64,000 nt of DNA from Camelus dromedarius (GCF_036321535.1 NC_087437.1:14262001-14326000); one strand, 5' to 3'. Shown: positions 25,257 to 38,891, numbered from the stretch's first letter. Made by a program: numbers and translations. Notes: a model not told the origin generated them from the letters alone.

Positions 25257-26667
25257 TGGTTATGAAATGCTTTGAATCTGTTCAGAACTGCTCCCATTCC
25301 AGAACGTTTTCCTACAGGCATGTAATAGACACAAAATCTTTAAAACATTAGTCTGAAGGAACTCTTACTAAGACAGTTAGATCAGAAGTAAATTCCTTAC
25401 TCAAGAGGACTGGAATAAAAGTCTCTAAAATTCCTTTTAGTGCCTTTTTCTTTGCCTGGACTGTGAAAGTTGCAAGTTGCACGGCCAGCTTCAGCAGTAA
25501 AGGCGCTCCCATTGAATTTAATTTCAAGTGATATCTGGAAGAGCAGTCAGCAGCAGGAGACATCTTTCAGGAGGAAAAAGATGTCTTTATTCTTTAAATA
25601 GAGTGGAAAATGCCTCCCATCAGATTGTTGAAAGCAGCCTTCCTATGGAGGTGGGGCTGGAGTCTGCAGAGCTCACTCCTCCCTCCCTTGCTGCTTGGAG
25701 AGAAGGTCAGGGAAGATAGGAACTGAGAACAAGAGAGGAGATACTGTATTTTGTTCTGGGTTTTTCATCCTTTTGTTAGTTGAGATTGGGAAGACGTCTA
25801 TATGATCAGTAACCATTAATTGAGAAGAAAAGACCAGACCCACATTATCAAAACTACAGAAGAGATATCTAGAGTATTGATAGCCAACAGCTAAAGGAGA
25901 AGCTGAAAAATTCTGATAGCATACTTATCCAAAATCTTGTAGTTCTCTGTCCCAGCCCTTGAAACAAATGAGTATAAGCTAGTCAGTTTAAAAAAAGAAA
26001 GACTTTAACTCATAAGATCTGAAAATAAGAACAAAGTTGGATCATGCTTTAACTTCTATATTAAGACAATGTAACAAGAGCTATATGGGAGTTTAAAAAA
26101 TTGTTTTTCAACTAACATTTATTGAGTGTCTATTAAGTGCTGAAATACAAAATCTATAGTTAAAAATTTAAATATCTCATTTAAATACAGTATTTTTCAA
26201 GCAGTTTTCTTTATTTGCTCGAACAATTATATATTTTTAAAACTGTAGTGGATGAGGGAAATACTGCTCTATCACTTAGTAATGGTTCAGAACTACCATT
26301 AATATGTTTCCAAAACACATGCTCATCTAATTCTGACAATTCTCTGAGGCTCGCACCATTTAATCTTCATTTTGTAACGTGAAAAATCTGTTGTCTAGAA
26401 ATTTAGTCAAGTTCACCCACGAGTTAAATAAGGAGGCAAGATTTGACCGCTGGTCTTTCTGACTCCAAACCCATCTCTTAATCTCTGCACTCCTTGGCTT
26501 CAATCAGTTAACCATGATCAACCACCAACCAGCAGGTACATTGTCTGCTTGTGGTCTTGCTACCTGAAGACGGAAGAGAAATGAGCCCAGGTCCTGTCAT
26601 GTCTGAAAGATGAGAATTCAGACAGGAGACAAAGCTTTGCGTACTGAAAGATTTTAAAGGATTTATC

Positions 26668-27400
26668 CCCCAGCCACCCCCCAGGTAACCAGTAACTGCT
26701 TTCAGTCTTTGTAGATTTGCCTTTTATGTAAATTTCATATAAATGGCACCACGTAACATGTGGTCTCTTATATTCTCTTCTTTCACTTAACATAATGTTT
26801 CTGGATTTAATCCATGTCATAGCATGTATCAGGAATCCGTTCCTTTTCATTGTTGAATAAGTATTTCATTGTGTGAATGTACATTTTACTTATCCATTCA
26901 CTGGTTATTGGGCATTTAGGCTGCTTTCAATACTTGGCTATTATTAATGATTTTGCTAAGAACATTCATGTGCAAGTCTTTGTGTGAATATGTGCTTTTA
27001 CTTCCCTTGGGAAGATACTTAAGAGTAGAATTGCTGGGCCATATGGTAAATTTATAGTTAACTTTATAACATACTGCCAAGCTGCTCTCCAAAGTGACTG
27101 CATCATTTTACATTCCTACTAGCAATATATGAGGGCTCAGTTTCTCCACATCCTCACCAACATTTGTTATTTTCTGTCTTTTTATAATTATAGCCATTCT
27201 AGAGGATGTGAAGTGTTCTGTCATTGTGGTTTAAATTTACATTTCCCTAATGACTAACTATGCTGAGTGTCTTTTTATGTGCTTATTAGCTGTCATTATG
27301 TCTTCTTTGGTGAAATATCTATTCAATAACTTACTCTTTTTTTTGGTCAGGTTGTTTGTCTTCTTATTACTGAGGTATAAGAGTTCTGCGTATATTCTAA
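26668..27400 (-). mobile_element. Old L1 (L1MB-like) 3' region
   Basis: ORF 26560-26850 contains LIHAMTWIKSRNIMLSER, an L1 ORF2 C-terminus variant, surrounded by typical L1 3' sequence. Confidence 0.85.
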
Positions 27401-27667
27401 ACCAATGTAATTTATGTTGTCCTAAATCTGTGTCTCAATGAATTTGGGGAAGAAAATTTTGGAAAGAAAGGTATATAGTATCCTGACCCCTGTGCAACTC
27501 AAAAACCCTGATGCCACACCATATCATTTCTGTGGTGATGAGCAGATTCAGTAGATTGTAGTTTAAGATACCTGCAAACACTCTCCTCTTCTCTGTGAGA
27601 TCTTATTCCTCACGCTGGAATCTGTGAACACAGACTCTCTTTGAAAAGCAGCTTACTTTTAGCACGC

Positions 27668-28190
27668 TGTGGTGGCTTTAAGACGTGGTTTCAAATTCTT
27701 TGACACCCTTTCCATCCAGAGATGGGGTCTGTCTCTCCTCTTCTTGATTCTGTGCTGGCTTGTAAGTGCTTTAATGAATAAGATATGGTGGAAGTGATTC
27801 TATGTGACTTCCAAGTCTATTTTGTAAAAGACCATACATGTTCTGCCTCGTCTGTTGCAATACTTGCTCTTGAAGCCCTAAATTGGCATATAAAATGTCC
27901 ATCTCTTCTGGGGCTGCCATGCCGCGAGGAGGCTCAAGCCATATGAAGAGGTCATGTGTAAGCATTCCACCTGACAATCTCAACCAAGGCACCATGTATG
28001 TGAGTAAAGAAGCTTCCAGATTTTTCCAAGCCTCCAGCCTTTTAAATATTCCCAGCTGAGGTCCAGGACTTTGCAGAGCACGAAAAAGAGGCAAGTCATT
28101 CTTGCTGAGCCAAGTGTAAATTCCTCACCCACAGAATCTATGAATATAATGGCATGGTTATTGTTTTATGCCATTACATGGAGGCTTATT
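27668..28190 (+). mobile_element. MaLR LTR (MLT1F/G/H-like)
   Basis: tgtggtggctttaag...ttcaaattctttgacaccc...aattcctcacccacagaatctatga...gttttatgcca. Confidence 0.8.
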
Positions 28191-29116
28191 GTTCATTCAG
28201 TGCTCTTTTGACTACAAAGGAGCCCCACTCAAGATTACTCAAATAAGGTAAAGTTCATAATAAGGGTCCATTCATGAACTTGAACGACAGTAGAATAACC
28301 ATTGGAAGCTGCAGTCACACTCTCCTCCTCCCAGGGACATCTCCCCGCTCTCATCTGCACACCTGCTCCATTCCCCTCTCGTGGCAGATGGGATTCCTTG
28401 GTGTACCTGTCCACTCAAATATGATCCCATGGCTTCTCAACCCTAGCCCCTAACTACATCATCAATGTCCAGCTTTATGTCCCACTGCAAATTGATGGTC
28501 AATTTGATGTCTCTTAGTTCAAATTCTCAAGTGAAAAAATCTAGAATAGTCTAGCTTATTTATTTGAACTAGACCACACAAGTTATGGGTGATCCAGGAT
28601 TGGCTACTTTGGGGTGAGGTCCACACTTCTGTGAATGGATGTGGGTTTGGGACATATAGTGTAGAGAGATGCTCTTGTAGGAACTGTGGGCAAGGAAGGA
28701 ACCATGAAATCTGCATACTTCACTAATAATAACTGTATGGTATGAGGAAGACTGTGGGGAAAATGTATCCAATGTACTATAAAATGGCAAAAAGAGAGTA
28801 ATTAATGCTGCAGGAGAAACCAGACAAGCCATCCCAGAGTTGATGGCATTTGAACTTGGTCTTAAAGGGCGAGTAGGATTTATTGCTTTTTCAAGCAAAG
28901 GCAATAACTCAGGGCACAGAAGTACCTGGCATTATGGGGAAACGGCAGGTGCTTTCATGGGCTTAGGTTGCCGGAGAGCTTGGAGACACGAGGCCAGAAA
29001 CCTAGGATGACATAACTGGAATGCCCCTTTTCACTGTAATCCTAATCAGAAGAGGAGGAAACTTTGAGTCAATCAGTGCGACAATTTATGCACGACTGAG
29101 ATTTATTCCCTAGACC

Positions 29117-29290
29117 CGTAGTTCTGAAACTTGACACGTATCAGGATCACCTAGAGGCTTTTTAAAAAACAGACTGCCAGACTCCATCTGAGTTTCTGAT
29201 TTGGTAGGTCTGAGGCAGGCCATGAGAATTTACCTGTCTAACAGTTTCCCAGGTGATACTGCGGTAGGTCCAGGGGTCACGCTCACTGCA
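29117..29290. mobile_element. MER5A
   Basis: gtagttctgaaacttg...atcaggatcacctagaggctt...tttctgatttggtaggtctg...taacagtttcccaggtgatactg. Confidence 0.8.
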
Positions 29291-29859
29291 AATGTCCTTG
29301 ACAGCTTGTGCTATGTGGGGCCAGGATTTACAGCCACAAGTTTCTGTCTGATTCTGATGCAGACTTACATTTTTAAAGGACTGGAAATCCCATCAACTTC
29401 TACATTAGTGGTTTGCCTGATCTAGGTTGCTGAAAGGCCAGGCTGTGTGAATGTTTTACAACAGCAAGTAAATAGTTGCCATAGTGATTCTGTCTTATTC
29501 TAGGGATATATTTGTACAGAATTTGGGACTAGAGTTGAAAATGGAACCAATAACTTGTAATCAAAATGAATAATCACAGTGGTCTATTCTGATCTGGCTG
29601 CATTGATGAGGGCTTATAAGCCAGACACCATGGTCAGCACTGAGGATACAGGAATGTCACTTTCTGTTTTTCTCCATCACAGAAGCATGTTCATTCCTTA
29701 TTGGTACTCAAAACATTTTGTAATTATTTAATTTTTGGTTTGCTTATTTACTTCCTGACTCCACTACTTGATTCTAAGCTCCACAAAGACTGGGACCAAG
29801 TGTATCTTCTTTATAATTGTGTTCCCAGTCTTACTATGATTGGATAAATGGATGTATAA

Positions 29860-30520
29860 TGAGACAGATACAGCCTTGCCCCCAGAAAGCCCATAGTCTG
29901 GTGGATATGTGACTAAATTACAACGTAATAAGTTGTTTAATAGCTGAATATTGAAAGAGCTGTTGGATACAGAAGAGGAAGGAAATAATTCAGCCCCAGG
30001 GAAGTCAGAAACAGTGTCATGGAGAAGAGGATATTTTAGTTGGGGGCTTGCAGGATAAGTAGGAGTTTAGGAAGTAGACAGGAGTGTTGTGGGCTGACAT
30101 TCAAGACAGTGAAAACTTTGTATGTGAAAGCATGGCTGTATGATGGAACATGGCATATGGGAGTAGTTGATATGATTGGGGCACAAGAGATGGAAGAAGG
30201 GGGAGCTTAAGATGAGACTGGGAATGCATACTGGGACCAGAGTGTGGATGGCCTGGGGTGGCATGCCATGGGTTTGAACCTTGCCCACAATGATGGGGAG
30301 CCACTAGAGGCATGAGAGTAATGTCATTAAATTGTAGAAAGATGTACCTGGTGTTCAATAGGAGGGGGGAGGTGTGTCTAGTTGGTCTGGATTGCCGTCA
30401 TCCAAGCAAGAAATGATGAGTTCCTGGACCAAACCATAACCCTGGGAGTCAGAAGAAGGGGACGGATTTAGGAGGTATTTAGAAAGCAAAATCAAGGAGA
30501 CTTGGTAACTGATAGGAAAT
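29860..30520 (-). mobile_element. L2 LINE
   Basis: ccttgcccccagaaagcccatagtctgg...atggggagccactagagg...gcaaaatcaaggagacttggtaactga. Confidence 0.75.
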
Positions 30521-30549
30521 CATGGGTTTGTATGAGGCAGAGTAAGGAT

Positions 30550-30785
30550 AGTTTATATAGCAGTTACTATATGCCATGTATTTGTTAAATGCTCTTCTGT
30601 AGGCATTAGTGCATTTAATCTTAGAAGCCTTGTGAGGTAGGTCCTACTATTAGCCCAACTTTATAGCTGGAGAAATCTAGGTATGAAGACATTAAGTAAC
30701 TTGTTCACCACCACACAGTTTTGTAGAGGCAGGATTTGAACCCAGAAATTCTGGCCCTAGGTCCATGCGGCTAAACACTAAATGA
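30550..30785 (-). mobile_element. MIR SINE
   Basis: cagttactatatgcca...catttaatctta...tgtgaggtagg...ggcaggatttgaacccag. Confidence 0.8.
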
Positions 30786-31739
30786 GCAATTTCACAGGTG
30801 CCATGGTTCCAAGGACGAGGTATCTGGGAGCAATACAAAGCATATAAAAAGAATAAGTTCAGTTCCTGAAGAACTTGAAAGATTTTGTTCTTTTGTCTTC
30901 CAAGCACTAACAAAATGCCCTCATCTTTCCAGTACTAATGATTTCAGGGACTTTCTGAGTGGAATCAAATGGGGCTGAAAAGAGAGACTGCTGGTTCTGA
31001 ACAGATGCCAAAGGGAAGGGCTGGAGCCTAATTTCCAGAGCTCCATGGTGAATGGTGGTGGGTGGATTCCACAGAAAGGAAGACTCGGTCGTGCTTGTGA
31101 TGGATGGGGCTTCTTATGAAGACCAGAGCCTATGAAGACCATCTCTTTGCTTGCCAGAAACCTTCTAAGCATATCCAGTGGGTTATTGTTTTCCTGTAAA
31201 ACTTAAGAAAAGCTACTTATATGAAATGGAACGTAGCTTATGCACTTCGATAAATCTAGAAGTTAAACTAAATGGCCATGGAGCCAGCTTTCAAATCTAC
31301 ATGCTCTTAGGAAGGAAAAGAGGACTTTCTAGAGAATAACTTAAAAATGACTTGCTTAGTCTATTATCCACATAATTCCCTTAAAAATCTAACCTAATAT
31401 CTCTAAACCAGGAGTAGAGGGCGTAGCCTTGGCCCAGTGGGTTGAAAGCAATGGCACCAGGAAGTACAGCCGTTAAGAGAAGAGGTTCTGAGACTTACCT
31501 CGGTGGTGGCAAGCAAGTAATCACTGCAGAAATAAAATTTGAGTCCTTCTTGTGTGCCTTCAGTGTACTGTTCCACTGATGATATCTGAATTTCAGTGAA
31601 TCCTCTGTCCTGTGATTGGACAAAATTTTAAAACAAGTCTGTTAATAGAAGTTATGTGTAGCATGTCCAAAAACTACTAAGAGGATCACTGCTTGTATTG
31701 GATGATTTAAAATGAAACTCTCTTAATTATCTTATTTCT

Positions 31740-33690
31740 ATTTATTTGTTTGTTGATTATTGAAGTATGGTTGATTTACAATGTTGTGTTATGTTTAGGT
31801 GGATAGCAAAATGATTCAGTTATACAAATACATATATTTATATATATTCTTTTTCAGATTCTTTTCCATTATAGGTTATTGCAAGATATTAAAAATAGTT
31901 CCTTGTGCTATATAGCAGGTCCTTGTTGTTTATCTATTTTATAGATAGTAGTGTATATATGTTAATCCCAAACTCTTAATTTATCCCTCCTCCCAACTTC
32001 TTTTCCCTTTGGGAACCATAGTTTGTTTTCTATGTCTGTGAGCCTATTTCTGGTTTGTAAATACATCCATTTTTATCATTTTTTTTAAGATCCCACATAT
32101 AAATGATATATGATATTTGTCTTTGTCTGATTTACTTCACTTAATGTGATAATCTCTAGGTCCATCCATGTTGCTGCAAATGATGTTATTTCATACCTTT
32201 TAATGGCTGAGTAGTATTCCATTGTATATATATACCACATCTTCTTTATCCAGTTATCTGTCAAAGGACATTTAGGTTGTTTCCATGTCTTGGCTATTGT
32301 AAATAGTGCTGCTATGAACATTGGGGAGCATATATCTTTTCAGGTTAGAGTTTTCTTCTGATACATACCTAGGAGTGGGATTGCTGGGTCATAGGGCAAT
32401 GCTATTTTTAGTTTTTTAAGGAACCTCCATACTGTCCTCCATAGTAGCTGCACCAATTTACATTCCCACTAGCAGTGTAGGAGGGTTCCCTTTTCTCCAC
32501 ACCCTCTCCAGCATTTGTTATTTGTAGACTTTTTAATGATGGCTATTCTGACTGGTGTGAGGTGATACCTCATTGTAGTTTTGATTTGCATTTGGCTAAT
32601 GATTAGCAATGTTGAATATCTTTTCATATGCCTGTTGGCCATCTGTATGTCTTTTTTTGGAGAAATGTCTGTTTAGGTCTTTTGTTTATTTTTTGATTGG
32701 GTTGTTTGTTTCTCTTTTATATTAAACTGTATGAGCTGTTTGTAGTATACTTTGGAAATTAATCCCTGGTCAGTCTCATTATTTGCAAATATTTTTTCCC
32801 ATTCCATAAGTTGTCTTTTCATTTTGTTTATGATTTCCTTTGCTGTTCAGAGCTTTTAAGTTTAACTAGGTCCCATTTGCTTATTTTTGCTTTTATTTCC
32901 ATTACTCTGTGAGATGGATTTAAAAAATATTGCTGTGATTTATGTCAAAGACTGTTCTGCTTATGTTTTCTTCTAGGAGTTTTAGAGTATCTGGTCTTAC
33001 ATTTAGGTCATTAATCCATTTTGAGTTAATTTTTGTATATGGTGCTAGAGAATGTTGTAGTTTCATTCTTTTACATGTAGCTGTCCAGTTTTCCCAGAAC
33101 CATTTATTGAAGAGACTGCTTTTTTTCCCCCATTGTATATTCTTACCTCCTTTGTTGTAGATTAATGCCATAAGTGCATAGGTTTATTTCTGGGTTTTTT
33201 ATCCTATTCCAGTGATCTATGTGTCTGTTTTTGTTCCAGTACCATACTGTTTTGATTACTGCAGCTTTGTAGTATAGTCTGAAGTCAGGGAACATGATTC
33301 CTCCAGCTCTGTTCTTCTTTCTCAAGATTGTTTTGGCTATTCAGGGTCTTTTGTGTTTACATACAAATTTAAAAATTTTTTTCCTAGTGTTGTGACAAAT
33401 GCCATTGGTAATTTGAAAGGGATTCCAGTGAATCTGTAGTATGGCCATTTTAACAATATTCATTTTTCCAGTCCAAAAACATGGCATATCTTTTCATCTA
33501 TTTGTGCTGTCTTCAATTTCTTTCATCAGAGTCTTATAGTTTTTGGAATACAGGTCTTTTGCCTCCTTAGTTAGGTTTATTCCTGGATATTTTACTCTTT
33601 TTGATGCAATGGTAAATGGGATTTTTTTCATAATTTCTTTTTCTGATGTTTTTTGTTAGTATATAGAAATGCAACAGATTTCTGTATATC
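31740..33690 (-). mobile_element. 5'-truncated L1 (about 1.9 kb, frameshifted ORF2 3' part)
   Basis: ORFs 33143-33325, 32920-33171 and 32085-32321 translate to L1 ORF2 ([44 protein letters not shown]), followed by the 3' UTR and tail. Confidence 0.95.
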
Positions 33691-34869
33691 CCTAATTGTT
33701 GTATACAAATATAAATGCATTAGTTAAAAATTCTGGTTTGTTAATGAGAGTAAAACAACATTTGGTGAAGTATGGCTGGTGTGCAGTTGAGCAGCAGCTA
33801 CAATGTTCTCTGTATAGCCTGGAGTCATTTTAGTCTCTGTCATGTTAGAGGAGGCTGATTTGACTTGCAAAACCTAAATTTACTGATATCATTGCCAAGG
33901 AATGACAAAAGTATTTCACCCATATTTTTCTAATGCTGGTTAACGTTCATGCCCAATGTAATTGAGAAATGACTACATTTTTCCATGTAAAATTTGTTTA
34001 GTATTGTAGTAGAGGGCTATTGCCTTCTGTCAGTTTTTTTTTTTTTAATGTGAAGGTCAAGGGCAATGTATGAAGGTAAGAAAGAAAAAAAATGTTAAAT
34101 TTTCAAAATTGTTATAAAATATGCAGAATAAAGAAAGTTATCATGTTAGCCATTTTAAATATACACCTCAGGAGTATTAAGTACACTGATGTCGTTGTGC
34201 AACCATGACCACCATCCATCTCCAAAACTTTAATATTCCAACATACAAACAACAATAACCATGCCATATATATTAGAAGCCATTCATCCATTGTCAGAGA
34301 GCCCTCAGGGGAGACTGTGAGTCACTCCCCAGCCTCCTTATGTTAGAAGGCCTCACCATCCTATAACTCTGGCTCAATGCAGGCAGGTTACAAGTTTGAA
34401 TGAGTGAAGAGATGAATACATTCTCATCAATATCTCCCATTCCGTCTCTTCTAGGGGAGTGTGGAAGATGCCTATCATTCAATTCTGTTTGGTCCTAATG
34501 AAGGGCTCCACGGTGTTTATAACACACAGTGCTCTGGTAGAACCCTCAGTTGTAGGTGAAAGAGGATGTAGGGCTCAGTCACCTACAAACGAGGTTCAAC
34601 TTTGAGTCTCACATTAACAATGGTCTTGGGCACTTGTCTACATACTCCCCTTAGTCTGTGGAGACTGAAAAATAGAAGCAACAGAAATATGAAGATACCG
34701 TATTTCCTCTCTGTCTGCCTGGGGGGTTTGCTATTTTTATTAGACCCAGCCCAGCTTCATTTGTCAGTAACTCTGGGTTTTGAAACTGGACTTCTGTAAC
34801 CGTGTGGGCAGTAGCTCAGCCTACCCACTTCCAGATGAGTGAAGACGTGAGGACTCAGTGAGAAGAATC

Positions 34870-35170
34870 GTCATCATGTCATATTTTGAGCACTCACAGG
34901 GTGTCAGGCTCTGCATTATGTGTCTTACATGGGTTATTTCAAATAATCCCCCAAATCACTCTCCAACATAAGGGTAAGGTTTCCATGCACAACTGTTGAG
35001 TGTCTGCCTGTGCTGTATACACCATCTCATTTAATCTGTAAAACCACTTTGTTATATGCTTCATTTCACTAATAAAGAGACTGTGGTTCAAAGAGGTGAG
35101 CAATCCTTGCTGGTTACTTAACTCCGAGTGACAAAGCTGGGCTTCAAATTCAGGTCTATCTGACTCCTAA
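34870..35170 (-). mobile_element. Two adjacent MIR fragments
   Basis: ttgagcactcacagggtgtcaggc and ttgagtgtctgcctgtg...gagactgtggttcaaagagg...aaattcaggtctatctgactcc. Confidence 0.65.
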
Positions 35171-36739
35171 GACTACGTTATTTCTCTCAGTCCTCTTTAG
35201 ATCTCCCTTTTGAGTCATCTGGATTTGATTCCTGCTTGTACAGCTGCTCTTTTCCAAGCCTGTCTTGTATGTTTTTGTACATTTTGGCTCTTTCTTGCCA
35301 TCCATTAATCGTGAAGATGGTGAATCAGATATTCAGACTTCTGGGTCTTTGGGGAAGGATTGGAGAGATAATTTGCTTCTGGGAGAAAGTCTTGTCAAGG
35401 CTTGTGGCTATTTTAAAAACCTGTAATTACAAAAGGCTTTACATTAAGACCAGGTAATGGCCAAATGGGCTTGAATGTGAATCGACCTTCATTAACACTG
35501 TTTGAGAGGAGGCGGGGAGTGCTGACAGCAAGGGAGACTGATATCTTAAACTCCCCCTGAAGAATTCTTTCATCTTAAATGAACAAAAGGAGACCAGATA
35601 TGACATAGCTGTAGTTGTTTTATCACATTAAAAATCAATCTTATTTTTAGTAACCATTTTTTGCAAATCTTTATATTTATATTTAATAGACTTTACCAAA
35701 AAAATTCCATAGTTCTGTTCTTTTCTTGCCTTCCCCCACCATTACAAAAGTAATGCATTTTCATTGTCAAAAAATTATAAAGCATAGACGAGCAAAAGAA
35801 GAAAATGAAAAATGCCCCTTGCTTGACCTCCTTTCTTGATGTCACAGGAGAGAAGACCCTTGATTCGCCATTCCATTATAAAATGTACTGCAGGTTAACT
35901 TTCTCTCTCTGATTTGAGCGTAACATACAGATTTCCAAAAATTCAACCCAAGAACAAACTCATGTTCTATAAAAGACTGAATATACTTGTTAATTTACTT
36001 ATCTCAGGAAAGCCAAGACCTTTTGGTAGTTTGCAGCTAGTTTCTAGTTGGTGATTCTGTTTCTCTATATCTCAAGGATAATTGATCACAGAGAAGAACT
36101 GGTAAGCCTCTGGTTGAAATTATATTTGCATTCATCTTTTAAAGTTGATTTTAAAATTACATTGGACTTCATAGACTGGGATATGTCTGTGACTGGCTCA
36201 TTTGCAAAACACACATTTACGTCCTTGATAGAAAAGAGATAACTGTATGGCATGTTTTCAATTGTTTACGGGGTTGAAAACAATGCATCTTTAGGGGCAT
36301 GAGATGGCATACATAAATGTTTCCAGCACGGAGTCTTGTATCTAGAAGGTTTTAAGTGCATATATCAGATGCTGATAATATGCACATCTCATTCAAATGT
36401 TGCTTCTGCTGTTGGTGAATTTTCTCTTGTGTTGTTGTGGCTGAAAAGACTTCAGCAGGAATCACACCCCCTCTGTTCATTGCATGTTCTTTAAACTTAT
36501 GCTGCCTTGCAGGGCTCATAAGGGCAGAAAGCACATGTATTTTTAACAGTATATTAAAAGGGAGTGGTTTAATAAGGACAGACCTATTAAGCTGTAAGGA
36601 CTGTTCAAGAAGTAAATTTACAAGAATAACTTTCAACGTATTTGGTCATGTAATTCTGTCTGCCTGAAAGCCATTTGTGAATTTTCAGGGGGCTTCAACT
36701 AGATATTCCATTAATTCCAACAGGTAAAAATAAACAAAA

Positions 36740-37400
36740 TTATCTCTCTTCACTGCTCTATCCCCAGAGTTGAAAACAGGGCCTGGAATGGTGGGCACAC
36801 AGTAACTTTTCCTACCCCATTTCCATTTTCTTTCTTTCTTAATGGACTCATTATGGAAGCCATCTTTGAATGATATGACTTTATATTCTATTTTAGAAAA
36901 TTTCTTGATTTCCATTGCTTTAATTACCACTTGCACATGCTTGGCTCCTGAATTTATATCTTCCCACCAAATTTTTCCTCTGTGCTTCAGGACTGGAATA
37001 CAAGACTGCTCAACTGGCATCTCCATTTGGAGGTCTCAGAAGCTCCTCCAATGCAGTGTCTCAGATTGTCCATGGATGACCTCATGATCGTCCCCACAAA
37101 CCCCCCATGTTCAGTATCTCAGTGACCAGCACATCCATTTCTCTTTTCACAAGAGCCAGGAGCCGTGAAGTCATCCTTGGAACTCTTTCTTCTCTCACTG
37201 CAAATCTGCTTTATCACCAGATCCTATGGATTTTTATTTCTCGAATAGCTCTGAAATCTACCTACTTCTTTCCATTTGCATCAACACCTTCCTCATCCAA
37301 ACTCCCTGACTCTCCCAGCTGTCAGCCTGCTCTATCCACCTGCACCTGTTCTGGCCCTTCTCTTCTATGTTCCCCACACGAGTCTTAAAAAACTAATCTG
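36740..37400 (+). mobile_element. L2 LINE fragments
   Basis: ttcactgctctatcccca... and actggcatctccatttggaggtctc...gtcatccttg. Confidence 0.7.
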
Positions 37401-37515
37401 GTTTGTGTTTCTCATGGTTTCATTCTCATGGTTTAAAACTCCTGTTTAGAACCAGAGAAACTTTTCCTACATAGAGATTTTATTACAAATTCCATTGCAT
37501 ATTTCCAAAATAGAG

Positions 37516-37537
37516 GTTTTTTTTTAACTTTTTAAAA

Positions 37538-37568
<31 letters not shown>

Positions 37569-37705
37569 TAACAAAATAATGCTATTTGCAGCAACATGGA
37601 TAGCCCTGGAGTATGTCATTCTAAGTGAAGTAAGCCAGAAAGAGAAAGAAAAATACTATATGATATCACTCATATGTGGAAACTAAAAAAAAAAAAAAAA
37701 AAAAA
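37516..37705 (+). mobile_element. Short young L1 insertion with a T-rich left end and an A-tract right end
   Basis: Core 37571-37684 is the L1 ORF2 end (atgctatttgcagcaacatggat...atatgtggaaactaa). TSD aaaatagag at 37507-37515 and 37706-37714. Confidence 0.85.
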
Positions 37706-37900
37706 AAAATAGAGTTTTGCAGGAGGAAAACATCATTTAGGTTATGACAACCCTTTGAACAAATAGCTGGCTGCAGTTTGAGGATGCTTTATCAGCGACT
37801 TTTGGAAACAACAAGAGTAGGAGATTCACCCAGAACACAGGCAGCATCGTGACCAGCAATGCATTTAACATCCCCAGGTAATTAAAATGACTTCACTCAT

Positions 37901-38035
37901 AGCATGAAGGGTATAGCTCAGTGGTAGAGCACAGGCTTAGTGTGCATGAGGTTGTGGGTTCAATCCCCATTCCCTTAATTAAAATAAATAAATCAATAAC
38001 CTAATCACCTTGCCCCCCAAATTAAATTAATTAAT
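37901..38035 (+). mobile_element. tRNA-derived SINE, camelid Vic-1 type
   Basis: A-box tagctcagtgg, B-box ggttcaatccc, body ...aacctaatcacct...cccc and an AT-rich tail. 17-bp TSD at 37884-37900 and 38036-38052 with 3 mismatches. Confidence 0.88.
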
Positions 38036-38292
38036 AAAACAACTTCATTCATGATAAACCTGCTTCAAAAATTACCCATAAGCATGGATTTAATATTTTG
38101 ATTCTCAGAGCTGTCTAGACTTGTCTGTAAACTCCATGAAGTCAGGGGCTGTTTAAATTCAGTCAGCAGGGGTGCAGAGTCTGTTGGCAAAAGGCAAGGG
38201 GAGAGGAAGTATTCTGGGTAAAGAAAGGTGACTTGGCCATGTAGAAGTGTGCCAAATAGAAGTCACCAATCACACAACCCCTCAAAATTCCT

Positions 38293-38891
38293 TGTGGTAG
38301 TTTTGTACTGTGTCAACTTAACTAAGCTAGAATTTTATTTTGCCAAATCCTCTTCACCACATGGCTCTGGGTTAGGATTAGCCACAAGAGAAATTTGCAT
38401 GAGATTTGGAAGGCGGAAGTGAAGCAGCAAGGTCAGTGAAGGTCACCGTGTACCACTACAGCCTGCGCACATGGTCCCTAATCTGCTGCCTCACTGTGGT
38501 GTTGTGGCTTCGCAGCCAGCTCTGCAGCTGCTCCGGCAACACCAGATCCCCTCCTTCAGTACCTACAAGTCCCAGGTCGGGTGCATGGCCAGCAAAGCAG
38601 TGAAGGCAACCAGCATTTTCTGCAGATCACTACACCATCAGGGTTGGAAGTGGTGAGAGACAGATGTAAATTTGAGTTTGTCCTTCTCTCTGGCTTCACA
38701 TCCAGTCTTCCTTCCCCGCCATCAGCCCTGCTGGCCTGCACGTACTCCAGGTCCACCACCAGGTGCAGAGACCAACTTCCATAGACTTCTTACCAGTTCC
38801 CACAGCTGCATAAGCCCAAATTCTCATGAATGAGTTTCTTCCACATCCTTAATAATGGTTCTGCTTCCCTGATTGGCTCCTGACAGACACA
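38293..38891 (+). mobile_element. ERVL solo LTR (MLT2E/F-like)
   Basis: tgtggtagttttgtactgtgtcaacttaactaagct...ggttctgcttccctgattggctcctgacagacaca, with TG...CA termini and ttcct-like flanks. Confidence 0.75.

Noticed and set aside
32085..33325. ORFs with clear protein homology
   Set aside because: They are frameshifted fragments of L1 ORF2, not host genes.
37908..37970. tRNA-like sequence with A and B boxes
   Set aside because: It is a SINE head followed by a SINE body, tail and TSD, with no intact acceptor stem. The same applies to about 59030-59100.
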